Part shown: one piece after another, positions 35,597 to 43,456 of the stretch
Numbering within the stretch: position 1 is the stretch's first letter
How the letters are laid out: every line of letters starts with the position of its first letter
Assembly: GCA_036267315.1 (NCBI GenBank)
Contig: DATAWH010000055.1
Span: 5,855-69,854 of the forward strand
Direction: 5' to 3'
Origin: Candidatus Cybelea sp.
GTDB lineage: Bacteria; Vulcanimicrobiota; Vulcanimicrobiia; Vulcanimicrobiales; Vulcanimicrobiaceae
Length of the DNA: 64,000 nt
Notes under the pieces: model-generated
Databases searched by the model: none
The model's input: only the letters and a program-made list of their open reading frames with translations
Told to the model about the DNA's origin: nothing
Translations under genes and position numbers: made by a program

Positions 35597-36988
35597 ATGC
35601 CCGTGCTCCGACACTCCCTAGTTGAAGTCTGCGATGTTGCCGTCATCGGCGGCGGGTTCTGCGGGGCAGCCGTCGCCGCTCATCTTGCCCACCACGCTCC
35701 GGCCGGTCTCTCGCTCGTGCTCTTTGAGCCGGGAGATGCCGGCCGGGGCGCCGCCTACGGAACGGCGCACGCCGAGCATCTCCTAAACACTCGGGCTCGA
35801 ATGATGAGCCTCTTTCCTTCGCGACCCGATCACTTCGTGCGATGGCTGGGAACGCGGGCTCAACCTGAAGATTTCGTCTCTCGCCGCCTCTACGGCGAGT
35901 ACGTCAACGAATGCGTGCGCCGCGCGTTCGATCGTCCGGGATTCTCTCAAGTACGCGGCCGCGTAGTCCACGTCACGCGCGCGGACGATACGGCGTTTTC
36001 CGTAGAAACGAGCGAAGGAGCTTCCTACGCCGCGCGCGCGGTCGTGCTGGCAACCGGAAATCCGCCGCCTCTCGATTCGTTCTTTCCGCTGGAAATGCGG
36101 ATGCACCCCGGCTTCATCTCCGATCCATGGCGCTTCGACTACCGGCGGGTTGGCGGCCACGTGCTCGTCGTGGGTTCCGGACTTACGGCGCTCGACGTGC
36201 TCGTCGCGCTCGACGCCGGCGGACATCGCGGCAAGGTCGACGTCGTTTCGCGGCGCGGCCGTTATCCTGAGGTGCACGCCGACGTCGCGGGGTACGACGT
36301 CACGCCGGCGCTCGAAACGCACGATGCGCGAGCCGTGCTGCACAGCTTCCGCGAACACGTCCGAGAGGCGGCAGAACGGGGCTTCGATTGGCGCGCGGTC
36401 GTCGACGCGGTTCGTCCCGAAGCCGAGGCGATCTGGAGACGCGTGCCGGCGCCCGAACAGCGCCGGTTTGAAAAGCACGTACGTGCTTACTGGGAGCGCT
36501 ATCGCCATCGAGCGCCGCAGGCGGTGGACGCCGTGCGCGAGCGCTATCGCCGTTCCGGTCGTCTCGAAACTCACGCGGGGCGCGTCGTCGAAATGCGCGA
36601 CGGCCTCGTGCGAATAGCGCGTCGCGACGGAAGCGTCGCCGAGTTGCGCCCCGACTGGATCGCCAATTGTACCGGCTTCGGCGGCGCCGTCGCACTCGCC
36701 AAGGATCCGCTCCTCGGCGAGATGCTCGATGCAGGGCTGATCTCGGCCACCCCAGGCGGTTTGGGCCTCGCCGCGGACTCGCGGCTGGCAGCAGTGGGCG
36801 CGACTGGCGAACCGACGCCGGGTCTGTGGCTCGTGGGACCGCCCGTTCGGGGTTCCCGCTTCGAAGCGACCGCGGTGCCGGAGCTGCGCTCCATGGCCGA
36901 GCTCGTCGCGTTTCAGGTTCTGGCGGCGTACGCGAATCGGACGCAGCCGGCCCTCGTCGGCAGCGCGATCGGGCAAGGACAGTGGTAG
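35597..36988 (+). CDS. FAD/NAD(P)-binding protein (YdhS-like)
   Basis: ATG 35597 is preceded by GAAGGA. The N-terminal dinucleotide motif is VAVIGGGFCGAAVAAHL, and a second Rossmann motif is VLVVGSGLTALDV. Confidence 0.7.
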   Translation: MPVLRHSLVEVCDVAVIGGGFCGAAVAAHLAHHAPAGLSLVLFEPGDAGRGAAYGTAHAEHLLNTRARMMSLFPSRPDHFVRWLGTRAQPEDFVSRRLYGEYVNECVRRAFDRPGFSQVRGRVVHVTRADDTAFSVETSEGASYAARAVVLATGNPPPLDSFFPLEMRMHPGFISDPWRFDYRRVGGHVLVVGSGLTALDVLVALDAGGHRGKVDVVSRRGRYPEVHADVAGYDVTPALETHDARAVLHSFREHVREAAERGFDWRAVVDAVRPEAEAIWRRVPAPEQRRFEKHVRAYWERYRHRAPQAVDAVRERYRRSGRLETHAGRVVEMRDGLVRIARRDGSVAELRPDWIANCTGFGGAVALAKDPLLGEMLDAGLISATPGGLGLAADSRLAAVGATGEPTPGLWLVGPPVRGSRFEATAVPELRSMAELVAFQVLAAYANRTQPALVGSAIGQGQW

Positions 36989-37187
36989 GCTCCACTCCTG
37001 CCGGTGCGCGATCGCGCTGAACGTCGGCGCGAGCGGCGGGTCATGACACGAGCCCGCCGCCCAGCGTCGTTTTTTGGCCCGCTGAGAGGTTAAAAAAGGA
37101 ATCTCCTTCTCGCAGGCGCTTTAGGCCCGCGAAGCCTAATATTGGGAGTAACCAAGGGGGGCGGACGGCCCCCTTCCCTGTCCAAAA

Positions 37188-37688
37188 ATGGAGCGTATGC
37201 GGATCAAATACGAGGTGTCGGCGGGTGGATTGCTGCTGCGCCGGCGCGATTCGAGTTACGATGCGCTGCTGATTGGGCGCGGCGCACCGCCGCGCGTGTG
37301 GACGCTGCCCAAAGGTCACGTCGAAGCGCGCGAGTCGACCGAACAAGCGGCACTTCGTGAAGTTCGCGAAGAGACCGGCTGCTGGGGTGAGATCATCACG
37401 CGCCTCTCGGAGATCGCGTACTGGTTTTACGTCGGTAAAGCCAAGCACAGGAAGGCCGTCACATTTTTCCTGATGCGCTATCGCACCGGCGATCCGGCCA
37501 ACCACGACCACGAGGTCGACGATGCGCGCTGGTTCGACGTCGCACAGGCGCGCAAGACCCTCAAATACATCAACGAAAAACGGCTCGTGGATCTTGCCCT
37601 CGAGTATCTAGGCGAACATCCCGGCCTCTTCGGCGAACCCGCCGTCGAAGAAGAGGCCCGTGTCACCCTGAGCCTGTCGAAGGGCTGA
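37188..37688 (+). CDS. NUDIX hydrolase
   Basis: The Nudix box is present: GHVEARESTEQAALREVREETG. The last 9 codons and the TGA stop (..ARVTLSLSKG*) are encoded by the first unit of the downstream repeat array. Confidence 0.85.
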   Translation: MERMRIKYEVSAGGLLLRRRDSSYDALLIGRGAPPRVWTLPKGHVEARESTEQAALREVREETGCWGEIITRLSEIAYWFYVGKAKHRKAVTFFLMRYRTGDPANHDHEVDDARWFDVAQARKTLKYINEKRLVDLALEYLGEHPGLFGEPAVEEEARVTLSLSKG

Positions 37689-37776
37689 GCCTCTCGTGTG
37701 TCATCCAGAGCTTGTCGAAGGGCTGAACCTGTCATGTGTCACCCTGAGCCTGTCGAAGGGCTGAGCCTGTCGAAGG
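37661..37776 (+). repeat. Three tandem ~38-bp units of the GTCACCCTGAGC / YTGTCGAAGGG interspersed repeat family
   Basis: Unit 1 (37661-37698) is TGTCACCCTGAGCCTGTCGAAGGGCTGAGCCTCTCGTG. Unit 2 (37699-37736) is TGTCATCCAGAGCTTGTCGAAGGGCTGAACCTGTCATG. Unit 3 (37737-37776) is TGTCACCCTGAGCCTGTCGAAGGGCTGAGCCTGTCGAAGG. The array abuts the scpA ATG at 37777. Confidence 0.9.
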
Positions 37777-38508
37777 ATGACGAGCGGTCCCGCTTTCACC
37801 GTCCAACTCGAACAGTTCGACGGTCCACTCGATCTGCTGCTGACGCTCATCAAAGAGAATCAGCTCGACGTTGCGACCGTGCCGCTGGCGAGCATGGCCG
37901 AGCAGTATCTTTCCTTCGTCCGGACGATGGAGGCCCGCGACGTCGAGGTTGCCGCCGAGTACCTCGTCATTGCCGCGACGCTGATCTTTCTGAAATCCAA
38001 AGCGCTGCTGCCGCCGATTCCGCAAGAGTTCGTCGACGAAACCGCCGAGTCGCCCGAGCAAGTCGAAGAGCATCTTCGAAGGCGTCTGATCGCCTATTCG
38101 AAGTACCGGGAGTTCGGCGAGCAGCTGCGCGACTACCAGAACGAGGCGAGCTCGTATTTTTACCGCGAGCCGGGTGACCCGGCCGGCGATCTCGTACAGC
38201 GCTACGACATCGATCCCGAACGCCTCAAGCGCGCCTTTCTGGCGATGCTCGCGCAGGCCCGTCCGGAGAAGCGTGCGATCGCGCGCGAGCGCATCTCACT
38301 GATCGCCTCGATGGACTACATCGTCAAACGGATCAAGGATCACGGGGAGGTGCGCTTCTCGGTGCTTTGCGAAGAACTCGGCATGACTCGCGACGTGATC
38401 GTCGTGACCTTTCTCGCGATTTTGGAGTTGATCCGTCGCCGCCGAATCCTCTTCGAACAGGACGGCGCATTCGACGACATCCGGCTCTTCGCGAGGCCGG
38501 CGGCGTGA
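37777..38508 (+). CDS. scpA: Segregation and condensation protein A (kleisin)
   Basis: The ScpA N-terminal signature is present: FDGPLDLLLTLIKENQLDVATVPLASMAEQYL. It is 243 aa and scpB follows. Confidence 0.9.
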   Translation: MTSGPAFTVQLEQFDGPLDLLLTLIKENQLDVATVPLASMAEQYLSFVRTMEARDVEVAAEYLVIAATLIFLKSKALLPPIPQEFVDETAESPEQVEEHLRRRLIAYSKYREFGEQLRDYQNEASSYFYREPGDPAGDLVQRYDIDPERLKRAFLAMLAQARPEKRAIARERISLIASMDYIVKRIKDHGEVRFSVLCEELGMTRDVIVVTFLAILELIRRRRILFEQDGAFDDIRLFARPAA

Positions 38509-39077
38509 CCGGCTCGGATCTTGCGCGTCCGATCGAGGCGCTGCTCTTCGTCGCCGGTGAAGCGCTTTCGATTCCGCAACTGGCCAAGCTCCTGGGCGCA
38601 GAAGAAGCGGAAGTCGCCGCGGCGCTGCAGCAGATCGAAGCCGAGTACGCAAACCGCGGCATCGTCTTGCGCGAAATCGCCGGCGGTTACCGGTTCGCTA
38701 CTTCGCCGATGGCGCGCGAGGTCGTTGAGGCATACCTCTTACCGCCGAAATCGACGCTCTCCACGCCGGCGATGGAGGCGCTCGCGATCGTCGCGCACGT
38801 GCAGCCGGTGACGCGCGGCGAGATCGAAGCGATTCGCGGTGTTAACTCCGACAGCGTCGTCAGCACGCTGCTCGACCGAGGCTTCATCGTCGAGGCCGGC
38901 CGCAAAGACGTAGTCGGGCGCCCGATGCAGTACTCGACGACCCCGTTCTTCCTCGAGTCGTTCGGCCTGCGTTCGCTCGACGATCTGCCCGAGCTCGAGT
39001 TGGAGCCGGGTCAACCACTCGAGTTCAATTTGGGCGCACCGGAGGTGCCCGCTCCGGTTCAAACGCAACCAGTCTAA
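38505..39077 (+). CDS. scpB: Segregation and condensation protein B
   Basis: The GTG 38505 start overlaps the scpA stop (GTGA). Matching blocks are IEALLFVAGEALSIPQLAKLL, GIVLREIAGGYRF and IVAHVQPVTRGEIEAIRGV. Confidence 0.88.
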   Translation: MTGSDLARPIEALLFVAGEALSIPQLAKLLGAEEAEVAAALQQIEAEYANRGIVLREIAGGYRFATSPMAREVVEAYLLPPKSTLSTPAMEALAIVAHVQPVTRGEIEAIRGVNSDSVVSTLLDRGFIVEAGRKDVVGRPMQYSTTPFFLESFGLRSLDDLPELELEPGQPLEFNLGAPEVPAPVQTQPV

Positions 39078-39085
39078 AATAAAAA

Positions 39086-39934
39086 ATGCGCGTCGGCATG
39101 CACGTTCACATCGCGACGGGGTACGTCAAAGCAGTCGACCACGCAAAAGCGGCCGGCGCCAGCGCGATGCAGGTCTTTTCGTCAAATCCGCGCAGCTATC
39201 GGACCGCTGCGATCGATACCGAAGCGCTCGGCGCCTTCGCCGCGCTGCGCCGCGAGCACGGTCTCGACCCCTGCGCGATCCACACGCCCTACCTGATCAA
39301 CCTTGCGAGCGCCGATCCGAAAATTTCTGCGGGATCGCTGCGCTTACTGCAGCACGACCTTACGGTTGCGGCGCGCGGCGGCATGCGGTTCGTCAACACG
39401 CACCTCGGCTCGTACGGCGATCGCGATCGCGGGGAAGGCTTCGACGCCATTTGCCGGATGCTCGAGGCGGCGCTTGCGACGGTCGAGCCGGGAGTCAGCC
39501 TCGTCTTAGAAAATTCGGCGGGCGCCGGCAAACTCGCCGGCGGGACGCTCGACGAACTGGGCCGGTTCGTTAAGGCGCTCGACCATCCGCAGCTCGGCGT
39601 CTGCCTGGACACCGCGCACGCCTGGGCATCCGGCTACGAAATAAACTCTAAGGCGGGGGTCGATCGTTTCGTCGAGGAGGCCGAAGGTAAGATCGGCGTC
39701 GATCGCCTACTGATGTTTCACTTCAACGATACGCAGGTGCCGCTGGGCGCAGCTCGCGACCGTCACTGGCACATCGGCGAAGGCAACATCGGCTTCGAAG
39801 GCTTCCGCGCGCTGCTCGCGCACCCGGAGCTCCGCGAAAAAACTGCCATCCTCGAAACTCCCGGCAGCGACGCAGACGACCTGCGCAATATGGAGACGAT
39901 TCGCGTGATGCTCAAAGGGATTGAAGGCCGCTAG
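39086..39934 (+). CDS. nfo: Deoxyribonuclease IV (endonuclease IV, AP endonuclease)
   Basis: The Endo IV metal-ligand blocks are HTPYLINLAS, NTHLGS, LENSAG, CLDTAHAWASGY, FHFNDT and HWHIGEG. Confidence 0.9.
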   Translation: MRVGMHVHIATGYVKAVDHAKAAGASAMQVFSSNPRSYRTAAIDTEALGAFAALRREHGLDPCAIHTPYLINLASADPKISAGSLRLLQHDLTVAARGGMRFVNTHLGSYGDRDRGEGFDAICRMLEAALATVEPGVSLVLENSAGAGKLAGGTLDELGRFVKALDHPQLGVCLDTAHAWASGYEINSKAGVDRFVEEAEGKIGVDRLLMFHFNDTQVPLGAARDRHWHIGEGNIGFEGFRALLAHPELREKTAILETPGSDADDLRNMETIRVMLKGIEGR

Positions 39935-41427
39935 GCAGCCGACTCCAGCGCGTTCGATGCGGCGGCCTCGGCAAGGCGCGCACGCACCGCAGCCAATCGT
40001 TCTTTGAGCTGCACCTCGAGCGACGAGACCCACGCCTCGCGGACGTCGGCTATGAGCAGGTCGCCGCGATAGAGCGCTAACGCTTTACGATAATGCGCGG
40101 CGGCCGATCGCAACTGGCCGCGTAAAAACTGATCGTCCCCATCGGCTGCGTGCGCGGCGAAGCGATTGGCGTCGACGATCGTATTTTTAAGGTCGAGCGA
40201 GATCTCTTCGCGCACGCGAAAGTACGCGTCGACCCGATCGATGCCGACGATCTTCGCAATTGCCTTGCGAATGTTCGAACACGCGGTACGCAGGCTCTTG
40301 CCCGCCAAATCGCTGGGGACGTCGGGCCAAAAGATCTCCGTAACCTGCGCGCGCGAGGCGCGGCCGTTGGGCTGCAGCGCGATGTATTTGAATATCTGCC
40401 GGTCGCGCCGCCGGACCCACTCGATCGGAGTTCCGTCTACGGCCGCCTCGAACCAGCCCAGTACGTTGACGTGCATCGCCTTGGCGATGCGGGTAGCGGA
40501 GCAGCGATCGTAACGGCGGCTCTGCGCGAGCGCGCGCAGCGGCCGGAAGCCGCTTGCGGTGTGGATGACGAAGAGTCCCTGCTCCTCGAGCCGCTGCAGG
40601 TCTTCCCGCTCGTCGAGCTGCGAACCGTCGACGAGCCTGCGCAGCAAGTCGGCTTCGCGCTGCGCGACGTTCGTGCGCGTCCACGCGACGAACTCGTTGA
40701 AGAAGTGACCGTGCCGCGCGCGCCAGTTCTCAAAGGCTTGCGCGAGGCCGCAGCTATCCTCGGCGGCTTTGCGCACGGCGCTGCTGACGACTTGCGGCCA
40801 CCCGTCGGTCACGTCGAGCATGCGCGAGATATCGAGGTGCGTGAACGGTACGCCGCAGGTTTCGGCGACGTGCCGGATCTCGGCTGCATCGAAGGCCAGG
40901 CGTTCGGCGTCGCACAACACGGCGCTCGCTTCGGCGACGAAACGGCGCACGTTGAAGGCAACGCGCGAGCGGCACGCGATCAACAGGCTCACTTCATCGG
41001 GAAGCTGCTCCAACAACCGCAGAACTGCGGCGACGCCATCTTCACCGGGAACGTCTTTGCAGTCGAGCGCGATCTCGAGCGGCGCGCGTTCGGCAAGTGC
41101 GCGCACGACGTCTGCATTCGAGCGGCACTCGCTCTTGCTCTCGAGCGCGCGTCCGATGCAGCTCCAGATTGTATCTGCGCCGGCACCGGCTGGAAGCGCG
41201 CAATAGACCGCGTCGGTGGCGCAGTGGCGCAAGTACCCCAGCAGCGCCACCGTCTTTCCGAAGCCGGGGGGCGCCACCAAGAATCGTACGGGGACGTTCT
41301 TGAACCGGGAGAGCCAATCTTCGAGGGCACGGCGCCGAACGATCGACGGGCCAAGGCGCGGCAATCCAAATGCACGGGCATTTAAACCCATGTCGCGGTG
41401 ATCCACTTTTCTTCTACCTCGCATCAC
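39931..41427 (-). CDS. Transcriptional regulator: N-terminal P-loop ATPase + C-terminal SARP-type winged helix and BTAD domain
   Basis: A MalT-like Walker A is present (FLVAPPGFGKTVALLGYL). The C-terminal ~190 aa match the SARP pattern: IALQPNGRASRAQVTEIFWPD...LRTACSNIRKAI, VDANRF, then YRKALALYRGDLL (BTAD). The start may be the internal MGLNARAF. Confidence 0.6.
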   Translation of the reverse strand: MMRGRRKVDHRDMGLNARAFGLPRLGPSIVRRRALEDWLSRFKNVPVRFLVAPPGFGKTVALLGYLRHCATDAVYCALPAGAGADTIWSCIGRALESKSECRSNADVVRALAERAPLEIALDCKDVPGEDGVAAVLRLLEQLPDEVSLLIACRSRVAFNVRRFVAEASAVLCDAERLAFDAAEIRHVAETCGVPFTHLDISRMLDVTDGWPQVVSSAVRKAAEDSCGLAQAFENWRARHGHFFNEFVAWTRTNVAQREADLLRRLVDGSQLDEREDLQRLEEQGLFVIHTASGFRPLRALAQSRRYDRCSATRIAKAMHVNVLGWFEAAVDGTPIEWVRRRDRQIFKYIALQPNGRASRAQVTEIFWPDVPSDLAGKSLRTACSNIRKAIAKIVGIDRVDAYFRVREEISLDLKNTIVDANRFAAHAADGDDQFLRGQLRSAAAHYRKALALYRGDLLIADVREAWVSSLEVQLKERLAAVRARLAEAAASNALESAA

Positions 41428-41595
41428 GCTAGCGAAGTCGGGCGAGATTCTGAGGAGATTGCGCCAAATGCCTCAGCCCGACGTTCTCCTAAGACCGGCT
41501 AGAAAGCCGGCCCTCGGTTCGTCGGGCTGAACTATACCATGCGGCCGCTCGTCGCGTCAAACGGCCGCTAAGATGAAAGTGGAGCGAGCGACCTG

Positions 41596-41802
41596 TTAGG
41601 AGACTCGCAGGTGGGGCAACCGCAGGTTCGATTCCATGAAGAGCTTCGAGTCGGCCCGGCCTACTTTGAGGCGCAGATCGATGTCGCTGACGTCGGAAAC
41701 GAGCGGGGCGGTGCGAATGGGATCGCGGAACATAATGTGTTTGAACCTCTTGACGCTGTGGTAACCTTCAATCATTATATGGTGGTGACAGTAACTTGTC
41801 AA
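41596..41802 (-). CDS. Hypothetical small ORF (68 aa; possibly only the 45-aa part from ATG 41733)
   Basis: The 3' two-thirds (FRDPIRTAPLVSDVSDIDLRLKVGRADSKLFMESNLRLPHLRVS) have strongly G/C-biased third codon positions. The overlapping plus-strand ORF 41611..41832 does not. The 5' third is AT-rich and overlaps the predicted promoter of the divergent gene. I see no recognisable family. Confidence 0.3.
   Translation of the reverse strand: MTSYCHHHIMIEGYHSVKRFKHIMFRDPIRTAPLVSDVSDIDLRLKVGRADSKLFMESNLRLPHLRVS
41750..41801 (+). promoter_or_regulatory. Candidate promoter TTGACG-N17-CATTAT plus inverted repeat TGACA-N6-TGTCA at the predicted transcript start
   Basis: The -35 is at 41750-41755 and the -10 at 41773-41778. 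The inverted repeat is 41786-41790 / 41797-41801. It lies upstream of the CGNR-dinB pair in an AT-rich patch. Confidence 0.45.
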
Positions 41803-42389
41803 CCTGTTTTGCCGGTGAAAGTGTCCAGATAATGCACCCGGAGCCGCTGTCCGACCGTGCGCCCGGGACGCTTGATCTGATCAGACGCTTCGTCAATACC
41901 GTCGAACTCCCGAACGGCCCCGACGAGCTCGGCTCGCTCGAGGGAGCGCGGGCCTGGTGCCTCAGCCACGGCTTGCCGGCCGTCACGAATCGAGCTCACC
42001 TCGAACTCTTGATCGCTTTCCGCGAGACCCTTCGCGACCTGCTCTTTGCCAACAACGGCGAGGGTGACGCCGCGAGCGCCTGGCGGGAGCTGCGCCCGTT
42101 CATGGCGAGTACCCGCCTGAGTCTCTCGGTCAATCTTTACCACGGTCTCGAGCTTTTGCCGGCCCATGAGGAAGACAAAGGTCCGATTGCCTCGCTCTTG
42201 GCGGTCGTCTACGAGGCTCAAGTTCGCGAGACGTGGACGCGCTTGCGCGCCTGCCGGAAAGAGACGTGCCGCTTCGCGTACTACGATCACACCAAGAACG
42301 GTTCGCGCGCTTGGTGCAGCATGGCGACCTGCGGCAATCAGGCCAAGGCCGCGCGCCGCCGCGAGCGCGCGCGCAGCCAAAGCGCATGA
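41796..42389 (+). CDS. CGNR zinc-finger protein with ABATE-like N-terminal domain
   Basis: The C-terminus CRKETCRFAYYDHTKNGSRAWCSMATCGNQAKAARRRER carries the C-x4-C...C-x3-CGN(R/Q) zinc-finger signature. The N-terminus LDLIRRFVNT is typical of the ABATE domain. The start may be ATG 41832 (MHPEPL). Confidence 0.8.
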   Translation: MSTCFAGESVQIMHPEPLSDRAPGTLDLIRRFVNTVELPNGPDELGSLEGARAWCLSHGLPAVTNRAHLELLIAFRETLRDLLFANNGEGDAASAWRELRPFMASTRLSLSVNLYHGLELLPAHEEDKGPIASLLAVVYEAQVRETWTRLRACRKETCRFAYYDHTKNGSRAWCSMATCGNQAKAARRRERARSQSA

Positions 42390-43447
42390 TCGCCGCGCCT
42401 CGCACCTTCATCGCTCACTTCGACATCGACGCGTTCTACGCGAGCGTCGCCATCCGCGACGATCCTTCGCTGCGCGGCAAGCCGGTTGCGATCGCCGGCA
42501 CGAGCCGTCGCGCCGTCGTGCTGACCGCCTCGTACGAGGCGCGCCCGTTCGGCGTGCGCTCGGCGATGCCGCTGTATAAGGCGCGCTTGGCGTGTCCGGA
42601 TCTCGTCGTCGTGCGGCCGGAGATGCAAAAGTATCGCGGAGTTTCGCGGGAAGTCTTCGAAATTTTCCGAGCAGAGGGTCACGACGTCGAAGGCCTCTCG
42701 ATGGACGAAGCATTCGTCGCGGTGGGCGTTGCGACGCTGGATCAAGCCCGCGAGTTTGCCGCGACGATTCGCCGGCGCGTTTTGGAGGCGACGCAGTTAA
42801 CGGTCAGCGCGGGTGTAGCGACGGCAAAAATGGTTGCGAAGATCGCCTCCGATTCGTGTAAGCCCGACGGGTTGCTCGCGATCGCGCCCGGCGAAGAAGC
42901 CGCATTTCTTGCGCCGATGCCGGTGGGGCACCTCTGGGGGATCGGCCCGAAAACGCAGGCCCGGCTGAGCGTTTACGGCGTCGCGACGATCGGGCAGATC
43001 GCCGGACTCGACGACGCGCGATTGCACGAACTCTTCGGCTCGTGGTGGCGCGACGTGCGCGATTTGGCCAAAGGCATCGACCCGCGGCGCGTCGAGCCGG
43101 AACGAGAGACGAAGTCGATCTCGACCGAAGAGACCTTTGAATACGACGTCCGCGACGAAACGCGACTCATCGAGTTGCTGCGCGAGCAGGCAAAGGAACT
43201 CGCGGAGAAGCTGCTTCAAGACGACTGCAGCGCGCGCACGGTCGGCATCAAAGTCAAACTTGCCGACTTTACGGTTGTTGGGCGCCAAACGCACCTCGCC
43301 GAACCGACGCGTGACGCGCGGCGGATTTTTCGGGCGGCGGCGTTCTGCCTGCGGCGCGCCGCTCTCGAGGGAATGGCGGTTCGGCTCTTGGGAACCCGCG
43401 TCGCCTCGCTGGCGCAAGGCGACGCGATTCAAACCAGCCTTTTCTGA
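42386..43447 (+). CDS. dinB: DNA polymerase IV (Y-family)
   Basis: Matching blocks are IAHFDIDAFYASVAIRDDPSLRGKPVAI, LSMDEAF and GIGPKT. ATG 42386 overlaps the stop of the CGNR gene (ATGA). Confidence 0.92.
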   Translation: MIAAPRTFIAHFDIDAFYASVAIRDDPSLRGKPVAIAGTSRRAVVLTASYEARPFGVRSAMPLYKARLACPDLVVVRPEMQKYRGVSREVFEIFRAEGHDVEGLSMDEAFVAVGVATLDQAREFAATIRRRVLEATQLTVSAGVATAKMVAKIASDSCKPDGLLAIAPGEEAAFLAPMPVGHLWGIGPKTQARLSVYGVATIGQIAGLDDARLHELFGSWWRDVRDLAKGIDPRRVEPERETKSISTEETFEYDVRDETRLIELLREQAKELAEKLLQDDCSARTVGIKVKLADFTVVGRQTHLAEPTRDARRIFRAAAFCLRRAALEGMAVRLLGTRVASLAQGDAIQTSLF

Positions 43448-43456
43448 GCTATCGCG

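Noticed and set aside
36989-37187. Possible terminator or small RNA in the 200-nt gap before the NUDIX gene
   Set aside because: Several short hairpins are present: GGCGGG..CCCGCC near 37036-37065, TTAGGC..GCCTAA, and GGGGGC..GCCCCC. None has an adjacent T-tract or a recognisable Rfam-like motif. The evidence is not strong enough to call.
37661-37776. CRISPR array (also considered for 53777-53860 and 60289-60355)
   Set aside because: The periods are 15-38 nt with essentially no unique spacers, the units are partial duplications of one another, and no cas genes are present. These are tandem amplifications of an interspersed repeat, not CRISPR.
41581-41650. tRNA or tmRNA fragment suggested by a GGTTCGATTCC T-loop-like motif (41625-41635)
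   Set aside because: The flanking bases give only 2 of 5 T-stem pairs. No acceptor stem, anticodon arm or CCA context can be drawn. It is also inside a coding-like small ORF on the other strand.
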